Shown here piece by piece: positions 8,452 through 17,994 of a DNA stretch of 40,000 nucleotides; the first letter of the stretch is position 1, and each line of letters opens with the position of its first letter. Source of the stretch: Fischerella muscicola PCC 7414 (GTDB lineage: Bacteria > Cyanobacteriota > Cyanobacteriia > Cyanobacteriales > Nostocaceae); the NCBI RefSeq assembly GCF_000317205.1, contig NZ_AJLK01000041.1, positions 1 to 40,000 of the forward strand. The letters are read 5' to 3'. Below the pieces are notes generated by a model, which worked only from the letters and a program-made list of their open reading frames with translations, had not been told where the DNA came from and did no database searches. Made by a program: the position numbers and the translations under genes.

Positions 8452-9942
8452 ATGACACCTCCAGAAAACAAGAACCTCATAGAAGAACATAAAGAACTAA
8501 TTAAAGAAGTTCTCCAAGCATACCCAGAAAAATCTCGCAAAAAGCGCGAAAAACACCTCAACGTTCACGAAGAAGGCAAATCCGACTGCGGCGTTAAGTC
8601 TAACATCAAATCCGTTCCTGGTGTGATGACCGCTCGTGGTTGTGCCTATGCAGGTTCCAAAGGTGTGGTTTGGGGCCCAATTAAGGACATGGTTCACATC
8701 AGCCACGGTCCTGTTGGTTGCGGTTACTGGTCTTGGTCTGGTCGTCGTAACTACTATGTTGGTAAAACAGGTGTTGACTCCTTCGGCACCATGCACTTCA
8801 CCTCCGACTTCCAAGAACGTGATATCGTCTTCGGTGGTGACAAGAAACTGGCCAAAATTATTCAAGAAATTGAAGAACTCTTCCCTCTCAACCGTGGTAT
8901 CAGTGTTCAGTCTGAATGTCCTATTGGTTTGATTGGAGATGACATCGAAGCTGTAGCTAAGAAAGCTGCCAAAGAAATTAATAAGCCTGTTGTACCTGTA
9001 CGTTGTGAAGGTTTCCGGGGTGTATCTCAGTCTTTAGGACACCACATCGCTAACGATGCGATCCGTGACCACATGTTCCCTCGCTTTGACAAAGCGAAGA
9101 AGGAAAACACACTCACCATTGAACCTGGCCCCTACGATGTCGCCCTGATTGGTGACTACAACATCGGTGGTGATGCTTGGGCAAGCCGCATGTTACTAGA
9201 AGAAATGGGCTTACGTGTTGTGGCTCAGTGGTCTGGTGATGGTACTGTTAACGAATTAGTCAACGGTCTGGCAGCTAAATTAGTTCTGATTCACTGCTAC
9301 CGTTCCATGAACTACATCTGCCGGGCTTTGGAAGAAGCTTACGGTATGCCTTGGATGGAGTTTAACTTCTTCGGTCCTACCAAGATTGCCGCATCTCTGC
9401 GTGAGATTGCTGCTAAATTTGACTCTAAAATCCAAGAAAACGCAGAGAAGGTTATCGCTAAGTATACCCCAATCATGAATGCGGTAGTCGAGAAGTACCG
9501 CCCCCGCCTCGAAGGTAACACCGTGATGTTATACGTTGGCGGTCTGCGTCCTCGTCACGTTGTGCCTGCTTTTGAAGACCTGGGTATCAAAGTTATCGGT
9601 ACTGGCTACGAATTTGCTCACAACGATGACTACAAGCGCACTACCCACTACATCGACAACGCCACCATTATTTACGACGACGTTACCGCCTACGAATTCG
9701 AGGAATTCGTTAAAGCTAAGAAACCAAGCCTAGTTGCCTCTGGTATTAAAGAGAAGTATGTATTCCAGAAGATGGGCTTACCTTTCCGCCAAATGCACTC
9801 TTGGGATTACTCCGGACCTTATCACGGTTACGACGGTTTCGCTGTCTTCGCCCGCGACATGGATATAGCACTCAATAGCCCAACTTGGGGATTAATTGAT
9901 GCTCCTTGGAACAAGAAAGAAGCTAAGGCCAAAGTTGCCTAA
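8452..9942 (+). CDS. nifD: Nitrogenase MoFe protein alpha chain NifD (uninterrupted)
   Basis: 496 aa with [18 protein letters not shown] and [10 protein letters not shown] motifs, placed between nifH and nifK. The GGATTACTCCG sequence at 9804-9814 is intact. Confidence 0.99.
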   Translation: MTPPENKNLIEEHKELIKEVLQAYPEKSRKKREKHLNVHEEGKSDCGVKSNIKSVPGVMTARGCAYAGSKGVVWGPIKDMVHISHGPVGCGYWSWSGRRNYYVGKTGVDSFGTMHFTSDFQERDIVFGGDKKLAKIIQEIEELFPLNRGISVQSECPIGLIGDDIEAVAKKAAKEINKPVVPVRCEGFRGVSQSLGHHIANDAIRDHMFPRFDKAKKENTLTIEPGPYDVALIGDYNIGGDAWASRMLLEEMGLRVVAQWSGDGTVNELVNGLAAKLVLIHCYRSMNYICRALEEAYGMPWMEFNFFGPTKIAASLREIAAKFDSKIQENAEKVIAKYTPIMNAVVEKYRPRLEGNTVMLYVGGLRPRHVVPAFEDLGIKVIGTGYEFAHNDDYKRTTHYIDNATIIYDDVTAYEFEEFVKAKKPSLVASGIKEKYVFQKMGLPFRQMHSWDYSGPYHGYDGFAVFARDMDIALNSPTWGLIDAPWNKKEAKAKVA

Positions 9943-9956
9943 AAAAAGTCTGAGGA

Positions 9957-10042
9957 CTAGGGATTAGGGAGTGGGGATTAGGAATTAGGTTAGAATTCTT
10001 CCCCAATTCCCATTCCCCGATTCCCGATCACCAATCCCTGGT
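9957..10042. repeat. Imperfect inverted repeat of STRR1-like heptamers (GGGATTA / CCCCAAT type) in nifD-nifK spacer
   Basis: ctagggattagggagtggggattaggaattaggt ... tagaattct ... tccccaattcccattccccgattcccgatcaccaatccctgg. Confidence 0.8.
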
Positions 10043-10095
10043 CTGCGTGTAAACACCATTCCATTACCCACCCAGCAAGCAAAAGAGATACAAAA

Positions 10096-11634
10096 ATGCC
10101 ACAGAATCCTGACAAAATTGTAGACCACGTAGACCTATTTAAACAATCAGAGTACACTGAACTCTTCAAGAAGAAGCACGAACAATTTGAAGGCGCACAC
10201 TCTGACGCAGAAGTAGAACGCGTTTCCGAATGGACAAAAAGCTGGGACTACCGTGAAAAGAACTTTGCTCGCGAAGCACTAACAGTTAACCCAGCCAAAG
10301 GTTGTCAACCCGTAGGTGCAATGTTTGCAGCCCTCGGCTTTGAAGGAACTCTTCCCTTTGTCCAAGGTTCTCAAGGTTGCGTTGCATACTTCCGTACTCA
10401 CCTCAGCCGTCACTACAAAGAACCCTGCTCTGCTGTTTCTTCTTCTATGACAGAAGACGCAGCCGTGTTTGGTGGCTTGAATAACATGATTGAAGGTTTG
10501 CAAGTTTCTTACCAACTTTACAAACCAAAAATGATTGCTGTTTGCACCACTTGTATGGCTGAGGTTATCGGTGATGACTTGGGTGCATTTATCACCAACG
10601 CTAAGAATGCTGGTTCTATTCCCAAAGATTTTCCCGTACCCTTTGCTCACACCCCCAGCTTTGTTGGTTCCCACATCACTGGTTACGACAACATGATGAA
10701 GGGAATTCTATCTTACCTAAGTGAAGGTAAGAAGAAAGACCAAACTAACGGCAAAATCAACTTCATCCCTGGCTTCGACACCTACGTAGGTAACAACCGC
10801 GAACTCAAGCGGATGCTGGGTTTGATGGACATAGACTACACAATTCTTTCTGATAGCAGTGATTACTTTGATTCACCTAATAATGGTGAATACGAAATGT
10901 ACCCAGGTGGTACTAAGTTAGAAGATGCTGCTGAAGCTTGCAACGCCGAAGCTACTGTTGCTCTGCAAGCTTACACCACTCCCAAGACTCGTGAATACAT
11001 TGAAACCAAGTGGAATCAAAAAACTAAGGTCTTACGTCCCTTCGGTGTCAAGGGTACTGATGAATTTTTGATGACACTGTCAGAAATGACTGGTAAACCC
11101 ATCCCCCAAGAATTAGAAATCGAACGCGGTCGCTTAGTTGACGCCATGACCGATTCCTACGCTTGGATTCATGGCAAGAAGTTTGCAATCTATGGCGAAC
11201 CAGACCTAATTATCAGTGTTGTTAGTTTCTTGTTGGAATTGGGTGCTGAACCAGTACATATTCTTTGCCACAACGGTGACGAAGTATTCAAGAAAGAATT
11301 GCAAGCTATTCTTGATGATAGTCCCTTCGGTAAGCAAGCGACTATCTGGCTTGGTAAAGACCTGTGGCATTTCCGTAGCTTGTTGTTCACCGAACCTGTA
11401 GACTTCTTTGTTGGTAATTCCTACGGTAAGTACCTGTGGCGTGATACCAAGATCCCAATGGTACGGATTGGTTATCCAATCTTCGATCGCCACCACTTAC
11501 ACCGCTATTCAACTATCGGTTATCAAGGTGGTATTAACCTCCTCAACTGGGTTGTCAACACCATTCTTGATGAAATGGATCGTAACACCAACATTACTGG
11601 TGTAACCGATATTTCCTTTGACTTGATTCGTTAA
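10096..11634 (+). CDS. nifK: Nitrogenase MoFe protein beta chain NifK
   Basis: 512 aa with GCQPVGA, GSQGCVAYFR and CTTCMAEVIGDD motifs. It follows nifD. Confidence 0.99.
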   Translation: MPQNPDKIVDHVDLFKQSEYTELFKKKHEQFEGAHSDAEVERVSEWTKSWDYREKNFAREALTVNPAKGCQPVGAMFAALGFEGTLPFVQGSQGCVAYFRTHLSRHYKEPCSAVSSSMTEDAAVFGGLNNMIEGLQVSYQLYKPKMIAVCTTCMAEVIGDDLGAFITNAKNAGSIPKDFPVPFAHTPSFVGSHITGYDNMMKGILSYLSEGKKKDQTNGKINFIPGFDTYVGNNRELKRMLGLMDIDYTILSDSSDYFDSPNNGEYEMYPGGTKLEDAAEACNAEATVALQAYTTPKTREYIETKWNQKTKVLRPFGVKGTDEFLMTLSEMTGKPIPQELEIERGRLVDAMTDSYAWIHGKKFAIYGEPDLIISVVSFLLELGAEPVHILCHNGDEVFKKELQAILDDSPFGKQATIWLGKDLWHFRSLLFTEPVDFFVGNSYGKYLWRDTKIPMVRIGYPIFDRHHLHRYSTIGYQGGINLLNWVVNTILDEMDRNTNITGVTDISFDLIR

Positions 11635-11665
11635 GAATCTCATCAACTCGCGGTGTGCCAATGAA

Positions 11666-11737
11666 GTAAAAAGTTAAAAGTGAAAACTCTAAAGATTATT
11701 CTTTTAACTTTTTACTTTTTCCTTTTTACTTTTTCCT
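11666..11737 (+). terminator. Stem-loop plus T-rich tract after nifK (terminator or transcript-stabilising hairpin)
   Basis: Perfect 15-bp inverted repeat: gtaaaaagttaaaag (11666-11680) and cttttaactttttac (11701-11715). It runs into a T-rich tract with a perfect tandem 14-mer tttttactttttcc (11709-11722, 11723-11736). Confidence 0.6.
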
Positions 11738-11749
11738 CAAAATAGAATT

Positions 11750-12076
11750 ATGGAATCGATCAATCACACTCATGCTCACCCTAATTATCACCCGCCTAAT
11801 GATCAAAAATCTGGCGGTTTTGATCTTCTACGTCCATTACGTCGATTAGTAGATAGCATCCAAATCAAAAATTATCGTCTGGCTCATTTAATTTGCCAAA
11901 TTATTCCTTGCTGTTGTCCTTTTCAGCGAGATATTCACTTGTTTGGGCGTATTTTCCACGTTCCTGCGCTCTGTAAACTCAATCCTTTATATGATAATTT
12001 TGTAGGATTGCGTTTTCGAGCATTATCTTACCTCAGCGATGAATGTGGAGAAGATGTCTCGAAATATATTTGCTAG
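11750..12076 (+). CDS. Mo-dependent nitrogenase C-terminal domain family protein (Mo-nitro_C-like)
   Basis: 108 aa. The Cys-rich core IPCCCPFQRDIHLFGR...CKLNPLYDNFVGLRFRALSYLSDECGEDV matches my recollection of this cyanobacterial nif-associated family. The position between nifK and nifE is typical. Confidence 0.65.
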   Translation: MESINHTHAHPNYHPPNDQKSGGFDLLRPLRRLVDSIQIKNYRLAHLICQIIPCCCPFQRDIHLFGRIFHVPALCKLNPLYDNFVGLRFRALSYLSDECGEDVSKYIC

Positions 12077-12113
12077 TCGTTACAAATTACTCATTATTAA
12101 TACTCATTATCCA

Positions 12114-12205
12114 TTACTAATTAGTTAGTGGTTATTGGTTAGTAGTTAGTGGGGAAACAATCAACAAAACAACGATGAACTACTAACTACTGTCTACTAA
12201 CTAAT
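12114..12205. repeat. GT-rich (TTAGTGG/TTAGTAG) then CA-rich (ACTAACT) heptamer arrays forming a hairpin
   Basis: ttactaattagttagtggttattggttagtagttagtgggg ... aaacaatcaacaaaacaacgatga ... actactaactactgtctactaactaa. Confidence 0.8.
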
Positions 12206-12278
12206 GTACGGGCGAAGCATTTGTATGGGTATCTTGAATTCAAAACGAAATATTTTCGTACAAATGCTTCGCCCCTAC
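12206..12278. repeat. ~70-bp hairpin element (GGGCGAAGCATTTGTA...TACAAATGCTTCGCCC), copy 1
   Basis: Arms gtacgggcgaagcatttgtat (12206-12226) and cgtacaaatgcttcgcccctac (12257-12278). The second copy is at 25413-25483. Confidence 0.9.
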
Positions 12279-12309
12279 TACTAAAAATTCATCCAGCGCG
12301 AGGAAAGAG

Positions 12310-13770
12310 ATGATAATCACCCAAGGCAAAATCAACGAGCTGCTCTCTGAGCCAGGATGCGAACATAATCATCACAAAAACGGTGAAAAGAAAAATAAGT
12401 CTTGCACGCAACAAGCTCAACCTGGAGCTGCTCAAGGGGGTTGTGCCTTTGATGGTGCAATGATTGCCCTTGTACCTATTACTGATGCTGCTCATTTAGT
12501 TCACGGGCCGATCGCCTGCGCTGGTAATTCCTGGGGTAGTCGTGGTAGCCTATCTTCTGGCCCTCAACTTTACAAATTTGGCTTCACCACCGATTTGAGT
12601 GAGAATGATGTCATCTTCGGTGGTGAAAAAAAGCTTTATAAAGCCATCCTCGACATTCATAAACGCTACAATCCCCAGGCAGTTTTTGTTTACTCCACCT
12701 GTGTTACCGCCCTCATAGGCGAGGATATGGATGCAGTCTGCAAAGCCGCTACAAAGAAAATCGGTATTCCTGTTATTCCCGTTAATTCACCAGGATTTGT
12801 TGGTAGTAAAAATCTTGGCAATCGCATCGGTGGAGAAGCTTTACTAGAATATGTCGTTGGCACTGAAGAACCAGAATACACCACACCCTACGACATTAAC
12901 CTCATCGGTGAATATAACATCGCTGGTGAAATGTGGAATGTATTACCGTTATTCAAGAAATTAGGCATTCGTGTTTTAGCTAAAATTACAGGTGATGCTC
13001 GTTACAAAGAAGTTTGCAGCGCCCATCGTGCCAAGCTTAACGTGATGATTTGCTCTAAAGCTTTAATCAACATGGCGCGGAAAATGGAGGAACGTTACGG
13101 CATCCCCTACATCGAAGAGTCTTTCTACGGCGTAGAAGACATGAGTCGCTGTCTGCGGAATATTGCGGCAAAATTGGGCGACCCGGATTTGCAAGCACGG
13201 ACAGAAAAGCTGATTGCCGAAGAAACAGCCACCCTGGATGCTAAACTTGCTCCCTATCGCGATCGCCTCAAGGGGAAACGTGTTGTCCTTTATACCGGAG
13301 GCGTAAAAAGCTGGTCAATTATCTCCGCAGCGAAAGACTTGGGTATGGAAGTTGTTGCTACCAGTACCAAGAAAAGTACTGAGGAAGATAAAGCCCGGAT
13401 CAAGCAGTTACTCGGCAAAGACGGCATTACTCTAGAAAAAGGTAATCCCCAGGAAATTCTACGGGTGATTAATGAAACTAACGCAGAGATGCTCATTGCT
13501 GGCGGTCGTAACCAATACACCGCCCTGAAAGCCCGGATTCCTTTTCTCGACATCAATCAAGAACGCCACCACGCCTACGCAGGTTATAGCGGGATGGTAG
13601 AAATGGCAAGGGAATTAGATGAAGCCCTCTACAGCCCTGTGTGGAAACAAGTCCGCAAACCAGCACCTTGGGAAGATGACTCAGAGACACGGGGACAAGG
13701 AGATACAGGAAAGTTCTCCTCCTCAACCCACTTGCCCATCTCTGTATCTTTTGAGGAGGAAGACTACTAA
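12310..13770 (+). CDS. nifE: FeMo-cofactor biosynthesis scaffold NifE
   Basis: NifD-like fold: [16 protein letters not shown] and [23 protein letters not shown]. The stop overlaps the nifN ATG (TAATG). Confidence 0.97.
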   Translation: MIITQGKINELLSEPGCEHNHHKNGEKKNKSCTQQAQPGAAQGGCAFDGAMIALVPITDAAHLVHGPIACAGNSWGSRGSLSSGPQLYKFGFTTDLSENDVIFGGEKKLYKAILDIHKRYNPQAVFVYSTCVTALIGEDMDAVCKAATKKIGIPVIPVNSPGFVGSKNLGNRIGGEALLEYVVGTEEPEYTTPYDINLIGEYNIAGEMWNVLPLFKKLGIRVLAKITGDARYKEVCSAHRAKLNVMICSKALINMARKMEERYGIPYIEESFYGVEDMSRCLRNIAAKLGDPDLQARTEKLIAEETATLDAKLAPYRDRLKGKRVVLYTGGVKSWSIISAAKDLGMEVVATSTKKSTEEDKARIKQLLGKDGITLEKGNPQEILRVINETNAEMLIAGGRNQYTALKARIPFLDINQERHHAYAGYSGMVEMARELDEALYSPVWKQVRKPAPWEDDSETRGQGDTGKFSSSTHLPISVSFEEEDY

Positions 13771-15092
13771 TGGCGAAAGTTGTCACTCCTAACAAGCCAG
13801 TTATAGTTAATCCTCTCAAGCAAAGTCAGACTTTAGGTGCAGCCCTAGCCTTTTTGGGTTTGAAAGGGATGATGCCTTTACTCCACGGTTCCCAGGGTTG
13901 TACAGCTTTTGCGAAAGTGATATTGGTGCGGCATTTCCGGGAAGCGATACCCCTTTCCACGACAGCGATGACGGAAGTCAGCACTATCTTGGGTGGTGAG
14001 GAAAATGTGGAACAAGCAATTCTGACTTTGGTGCAGAAGTCTCAGCCGGAAATTATTGGTTTGTGTACAACTGGACTAACGGAAACCAGAGGGGATGATA
14101 TGGACGGCATTCTCAAGGATTTCCGTAAACGTCATCCGGAATTGGATGAATTACCAATTGTACTTGTCTCCTCACCAGATTTTAAAGGCGCACTGCAAGA
14201 TGGGTTTGCGGCGGCGGTAGAAAGTATTGTCAAAGAGGTTCCCCAAGCAGGGGAACCAAAGGCACAACAGGTGACAATTTTGATGAGTTCCGCCTTCACA
14301 CCAGGGGATGTGCAACAAATCAAGGAAATTGTCAGCACTTTTGGATTGATACCAATTGTAGTCCCTGACCTTTCGGCTTCTTTAGATGGTCACTTGGATG
14401 ACTCCTACAGTCCGATTACCGGGGGTGGGACAACTTTAGTACAACTACATAAAGTTGGTAGTTCTGTTTATACCCTAGCGCTGGGTGAAAGTATGCGGGG
14501 TGCAGCCAAAATTTTAGAACAAAAGTTTGGCACACCTTACGAAGTGTTTACCGAACTGACTGGATTAGAAGCGGTAGACAGATTTATGCAGTTTTTGGCA
14601 AATTTGAGTGGAACAGCAGTTCCAGAGAAATATCGCCGTCAACGTCGCCAACTGCAAGATGCGATGTTGGATACTCATTTTTACTTTGGTAGGAAAAGGG
14701 TGTCCTTGGCGCTGGAACCGGATTTACTTTGGTCAACAGTATATTTTCTGCAATCAATGGGTGCGGAAATTCAAGCTGCTGTCACCACAACGCGATCGCC
14801 ACTATTGGAAAAACTGCCCATCGATAGCGTCACCATCGGTGATTTTGAAGACTTTGAAAACTTAGCTGTTGCTTCGGACTTGCTGATTGGTAATTCCCAT
14901 ACGAATGCGATCGCTAAACGTTTAGGAATTCCCCTGTATCGCCAAGGTATCCCCATTTTTGATCGTTTAGGTAACGGTCAATTTACCAAAGTAGGCTACC
15001 GCGGCACTATGGAACTCTTATTTGATATCGGGAACCTCTTTTTACATGCAGAGGAAACGAAAGTCAGAGATAGAGATGTGCAGGGGGATTAG
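13770..15092 (+). CDS. nifN: FeMo-cofactor biosynthesis scaffold NifN
   Basis: NifK-like: HGSQGCTAFAK and CTTGLTETRGDD. Translationally coupled to nifE. Confidence 0.97.
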   Translation: MAKVVTPNKPVIVNPLKQSQTLGAALAFLGLKGMMPLLHGSQGCTAFAKVILVRHFREAIPLSTTAMTEVSTILGGEENVEQAILTLVQKSQPEIIGLCTTGLTETRGDDMDGILKDFRKRHPELDELPIVLVSSPDFKGALQDGFAAAVESIVKEVPQAGEPKAQQVTILMSSAFTPGDVQQIKEIVSTFGLIPIVVPDLSASLDGHLDDSYSPITGGGTTLVQLHKVGSSVYTLALGESMRGAAKILEQKFGTPYEVFTELTGLEAVDRFMQFLANLSGTAVPEKYRRQRRQLQDAMLDTHFYFGRKRVSLALEPDLLWSTVYFLQSMGAEIQAAVTTTRSPLLEKLPIDSVTIGDFEDFENLAVASDLLIGNSHTNAIAKRLGIPLYRQGIPIFDRLGNGQFTKVGYRGTMELLFDIGNLFLHAEETKVRDRDVQGD

Positions 15093-15149
15093 GGAAATAG
15101 GGGGAGTGTGGGGAGTCAACCACTAACTACTAACCACTAACAAATAAAA
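15093..15149. repeat. G-rich block then CA-rich ACTAACC heptamer array abutting nifX start
   Basis: ggaaatagggggagtgtggggagt is followed by caaccactaactactaaccactaacaaataaaa, then the ATG. Confidence 0.85.
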
Positions 15150-15566
15150 ATGAAAATAGCCTTCACAACTAGTGATCAAGTTCATGTTAATGCTCATTTT
15201 GGTTGGGCAAAGATGATTGATGTTTATGAAGTTTCCCAAGATGGTTATCAATTTGTAGAAACTATCAAATTTAATGGAAACCTCAAAGAAGATGGTAACG
15301 AGGATAAACTCGTCCCCAAACTCAATGCATTAAAAGAATGCACAATTGTGTATGTTGCGGCAATTGGTAGCAGTGCTGCTGCCAAATTACTTAAAACAGG
15401 TGTCACTCCAATTAAAGCGCGTTCAGAGCAAGATGAAATTGCTGATGTGTTAAATAAATTAGTCGAAACTCTCAAAGGTAGTCCACCACCTTGGTTACGA
15501 AAAGCATTGCAGCAAAAAAATCTGAATTTTGATGAATTAGAACTGGAAGAAGAAACAACTGTATGA
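15150..15566 (+). CDS. nifX: FeMo-cofactor carrier NifX
   Basis: 138 aa of the NifX/NifB C-terminal domain type (HFGWAKMIDVYEV...YVAAIGSSAAAKL). It follows nifN. Confidence 0.9.
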   Translation: MKIAFTTSDQVHVNAHFGWAKMIDVYEVSQDGYQFVETIKFNGNLKEDGNEDKLVPKLNALKECTIVYVAAIGSSAAAKLLKTGVTPIKARSEQDEIADVLNKLVETLKGSPPPWLRKALQQKNLNFDELELEEETTV

Positions 15567-16039
15567 GTACAACTAATAGTGTCAACGGAACCGCCCCGAA
15601 TCAAGTTGTAAATTCGCCTTTTTTGAAAGCGATCGTCCAACAAATTCGTGGTCAAGATAGTTACGGTGTGTACCGCAATTGGTCAGATGAATTAATCCTT
15701 AAACCCTTTATAGTTAGCAAACAAAAGAAACGCGAAATTTCTGTAGAGGGTGAGGTTGACCCAGTAACAATTGGGCGAATAATGGCATTTTATCGTGCTG
15801 TCGCTGCTCGAATTGAACAAGAGACTGGTTTGTTGTCTCAGGTTGTAGTTGATTTGAGTCACGAAGGATTTGGTTGGGCATTGGTTTTTTCTGGTCGCCT
15901 TTTATTGGCAGTAAAAACATTACGAGATGCTCATCGTTTTGGTTTTGAATCACTAGAAAAAGTAGCAGAAGAGGGAGAAAAGCTAGTTCAAAAAGGTGTG
16001 GAACTAGCTCAAAAATTCCCTGAAGTGGGAAGATTGTAA
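15563..16039 (+). CDS. NifX-associated nitrogen fixation protein (DUF269 family)
   Basis: 158 aa. The start overlaps the nifX stop (ATGA). The conserved position after nifX supports the call; family assignment is from memory of the PF03270 context. Confidence 0.75.
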   Translation: MSTTNSVNGTAPNQVVNSPFLKAIVQQIRGQDSYGVYRNWSDELILKPFIVSKQKKREISVEGEVDPVTIGRIMAFYRAVAARIEQETGLLSQVVVDLSHEGFGWALVFSGRLLLAVKTLRDAHRFGFESLEKVAEEGEKLVQKGVELAQKFPEVGRL

Positions 16040-16113
16040 TTTTGTCAATAGTCAATGGTCAATTTTCAAGAATAACCACTAACCAACAACAACCAACAAA
16101 CAACAACCAACAA
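16040..16113. repeat. STRR2-like GTCAAT heptamers then CA-rich heptamer array abutting the next start codon
   Basis: ttgtcaatagtcaatggtcaatt is followed by accactaaccaacaacaaccaacaaacaacaaccaacaa, then the ATG. Confidence 0.85.
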
Positions 16114-16314
16114 ATGAAGGTTGAAGAACTAAGAACTCAAATCAAACGCCTCAATAGTAAAGCAGGCCAAATGAAAATGGATCTGCATGATTTGGCAGAG
16201 GGACTGCCAACAGATTATCAAAAAATCATGGATGTTGCCGCTGCCACTTATGAAATTTATCGTCAGTTGGATGAACTAAAGCAACAACTCAAAATTATGG
16301 AGCAAGGGCAATGA
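16114..16314 (+). CDS. Small nif-cluster protein (DUF683-like)
   Basis: MKVEELRTQIKRLNSKAGQMKMDLHDLAEGLPTDY... (66 aa). The track ORF starts at 16042 but its first 24 aa translate the heptamer array. The stop overlaps the nifW start (ATGA). Confidence 0.7.
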   Translation: MKVEELRTQIKRLNSKAGQMKMDLHDLAEGLPTDYQKIMDVAAATYEIYRQLDELKQQLKIMEQGQ

Positions 16315-16628
16315 GTGAAGATTGGCATAAATTCCAAAAGCTTACACAAGCAGAAGAATATTTTGATTTTTTTGGATTACCTTATGACCAAAAAGTTGTA
16401 AGTGTAAATCGTCTACATATTTTGAAAAAATTCTCCCAATCTATTCAAGAAATTGATGAGAATTATACTGACCTTAGTTCAGAAGATAGATTAAATAAAT
16501 ATTGTGAGGCTTTGCAAAAAGCTTATCAGGTTTTTCTGGAATCCACACCTCAAGAACAAAAGCTGTTCAAAGTATTTAAACAGAAGCCTAAAAATGTAGT
16601 CACGCTGACAGAAATCACTTCTGATTAG
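16311..16628 (+). CDS. nifW: Nitrogenase-stabilising/protective protein NifW
   Basis: 105 aa. AEEYFDFFGLPYDQKVVSVNRLHILKKF is typical of the NifW N-terminus. Confidence 0.9.
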   Translation: MSEDWHKFQKLTQAEEYFDFFGLPYDQKVVSVNRLHILKKFSQSIQEIDENYTDLSSEDRLNKYCEALQKAYQVFLESTPQEQKLFKVFKQKPKNVVTLTEITSD

Positions 16629-16638
16629 GAGGTAAAAA

Positions 16639-17427
16639 GTGATAGACCTAACGCCTACCGAGTTAGAACGTTACCGTCGCCAAATGATGCTCCCAAATTT
16701 TGGCGAAGTAGCGCAGAAGCGTCTCAAGTCAGCAACTGTTCTGGTGACAGGTGTGGGAGGATTAGGTGGTACGGCAGCGCTTTACCTTGCAGTAGCAGGC
16801 GTTGGTCGGTTGATCCTAGTCCGGGGTGGTGACTTGCGACTAGATGATATGAATCGTCAAATTTTGATGACGCACGATTGGGTTGGTCAGCCAAGAGTTT
16901 TCAAGGCAAAGGAAACTCTCGAAGCCATCAATCCTGATGTCAAAGTGGAAGCGGTTCATGAGTATATTAATCAAGGGAATGTTGACTCCTTGGTGCAATC
17001 TGCTGATATGGCACTAGACTGCGCCCATAATTTTACGGAACGCGATTTGCTAAATGCAGCTTGTGTACGTTGGCGTAAGCCAATGGTAGAAGCAGCAATG
17101 GACGGGATGGAGGCTTACCTGACTACGATTATTCCTGGTGTAACGCCTTGTTTATCTTGCCTATTTCCAGAGAAACCAGACTGGGATAGACGCGGGTTTG
17201 CAGTTTTAGGTGCTGTATCGGGTACTCTTGCTTGTTTGACGGCTTTGGAAGCAATCAAGCTGATAACTGGTTATAGTCAACCTTTGTTATCGCAACTACT
17301 GACAATGGATTTGACCCGCATGGAATTTGCTAAGCGCCGTTCTTATCGCGATCGCTGCTGTCCAGTATGCGGTAACAATGCACCTTGGAGATACTTGCAA
17401 TCAAAATCCACAGTCATTAGTCATTAA
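16639..17427 (+). CDS. hesA: HesA (ThiF/MoeB-family adenylyltransferase)
   Basis: YRRQMMLPNFG, the GVGGLGG nucleotide-binding loop, and CxxC pairs (CLSC, CPVC). GTG start 6 nt after GGAGG. Canonical nifW-hesA-hesB order. Confidence 0.92.
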   Translation: MIDLTPTELERYRRQMMLPNFGEVAQKRLKSATVLVTGVGGLGGTAALYLAVAGVGRLILVRGGDLRLDDMNRQILMTHDWVGQPRVFKAKETLEAINPDVKVEAVHEYINQGNVDSLVQSADMALDCAHNFTERDLLNAACVRWRKPMVEAAMDGMEAYLTTIIPGVTPCLSCLFPEKPDWDRRGFAVLGAVSGTLACLTALEAIKLITGYSQPLLSQLLTMDLTRMEFAKRRSYRDRCCPVCGNNAPWRYLQSKSTVISH

Positions 17428-17505
17428 TAAATTGTTGTTTGTTGTTTGTTCTTTGTTATTTGGAACAACTAACAATCAACTACCAACTAGCAACAAACAA
17501 CAAAT
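17428..17505. repeat. GT-rich/CA-rich heptamer hairpin (hesA-hesB spacer)
   Basis: ttgttgtttgttgtttgttctttgttatttgg is followed by aacaactaacaatcaactaccaactagcaacaaacaacaa. It shares the core gttgtttgttctttgtt with 17899-17978. Confidence 0.85.
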
Positions 17506-17526
17506 TTTGAAAAGTCAGGAGGTCTA

Positions 17527-17898
17527 ATGACTGTTACTTTGACAGAAAAAGCAGAATTTCGTCTACGGGCATTTTTGGCGGGTTCTGCTCCCGATACCAA
17601 TGGCGCCACAAAAGGCATCCGCATATCTGTTAAAGATGGTGGTTGCAGTGGGTATGAATATGCGATGGATGTCACTAGTCAACCAAAACCAGACGATCTA
17701 GTCATTCAGCAAGGTAAAGTTATTCTTTACGTTGATGCGAAAAGCGCGCCATTACTTGAAGGAATTGTCATCGATTTTATTGATGGTGTAATGGAAGGCG
17801 GCTTTAAGTTTATCAACCCTAATGCAACAGAAACTTGCGGTTGTGGCAAATCATTTAAAACGGGTGATTGCTCATCAGCAGGTGTACCTTGCAGCTAA
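17527..17898 (+). CDS. hesB: HesB (IscA-type Fe-S assembly protein)
   Basis: GGCSGYEY and the C-terminal CGCGKSF motif. AGGAGG RBS. Confidence 0.93.
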   Translation: MTVTLTEKAEFRLRAFLAGSAPDTNGATKGIRISVKDGGCSGYEYAMDVTSQPKPDDLVIQQGKVILYVDAKSAPLLEGIVIDFIDGVMEGGFKFINPNATETCGCGKSFKTGDCSSAGVPCS

Positions 17899-17978
17899 TT
17901 AATGAATGTTGTTTGTTCTTTGTTGTTTGTTGTTTGGAACGAACAACTAATAACTAACAACTAACAACTAAATTTTTT
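17899..17978. repeat. GT-rich/CA-rich heptamer hairpin (hesB-fdxH spacer)
   Basis: atgttgtttgttctttgttgtttgttgtttgg is followed by aacgaacaactaataactaacaactaacaactaa. Confidence 0.85.
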
Positions 17979-17994
17979 TGAGGAGAACACAAAA

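Noticed and set aside
16042-16113. Extended N-termini offered by the ORF track for the DUF683 gene (16042), coxB (25440) and ORF 25430-25687
   Set aside because: The extra residues (e.g. TTNQQQPTNNNQQ, QQPPTNHQQLTTN) are translations of the CA-rich heptamer arrays or of the hairpin element. Internal ATGs give sensible proteins.
17327-17527. 66-aa ORF overlapping the hesA 3' end and the hesA-hesB spacer
   Set aside because: It is out of frame within hesA and then translates the heptamer hairpin.
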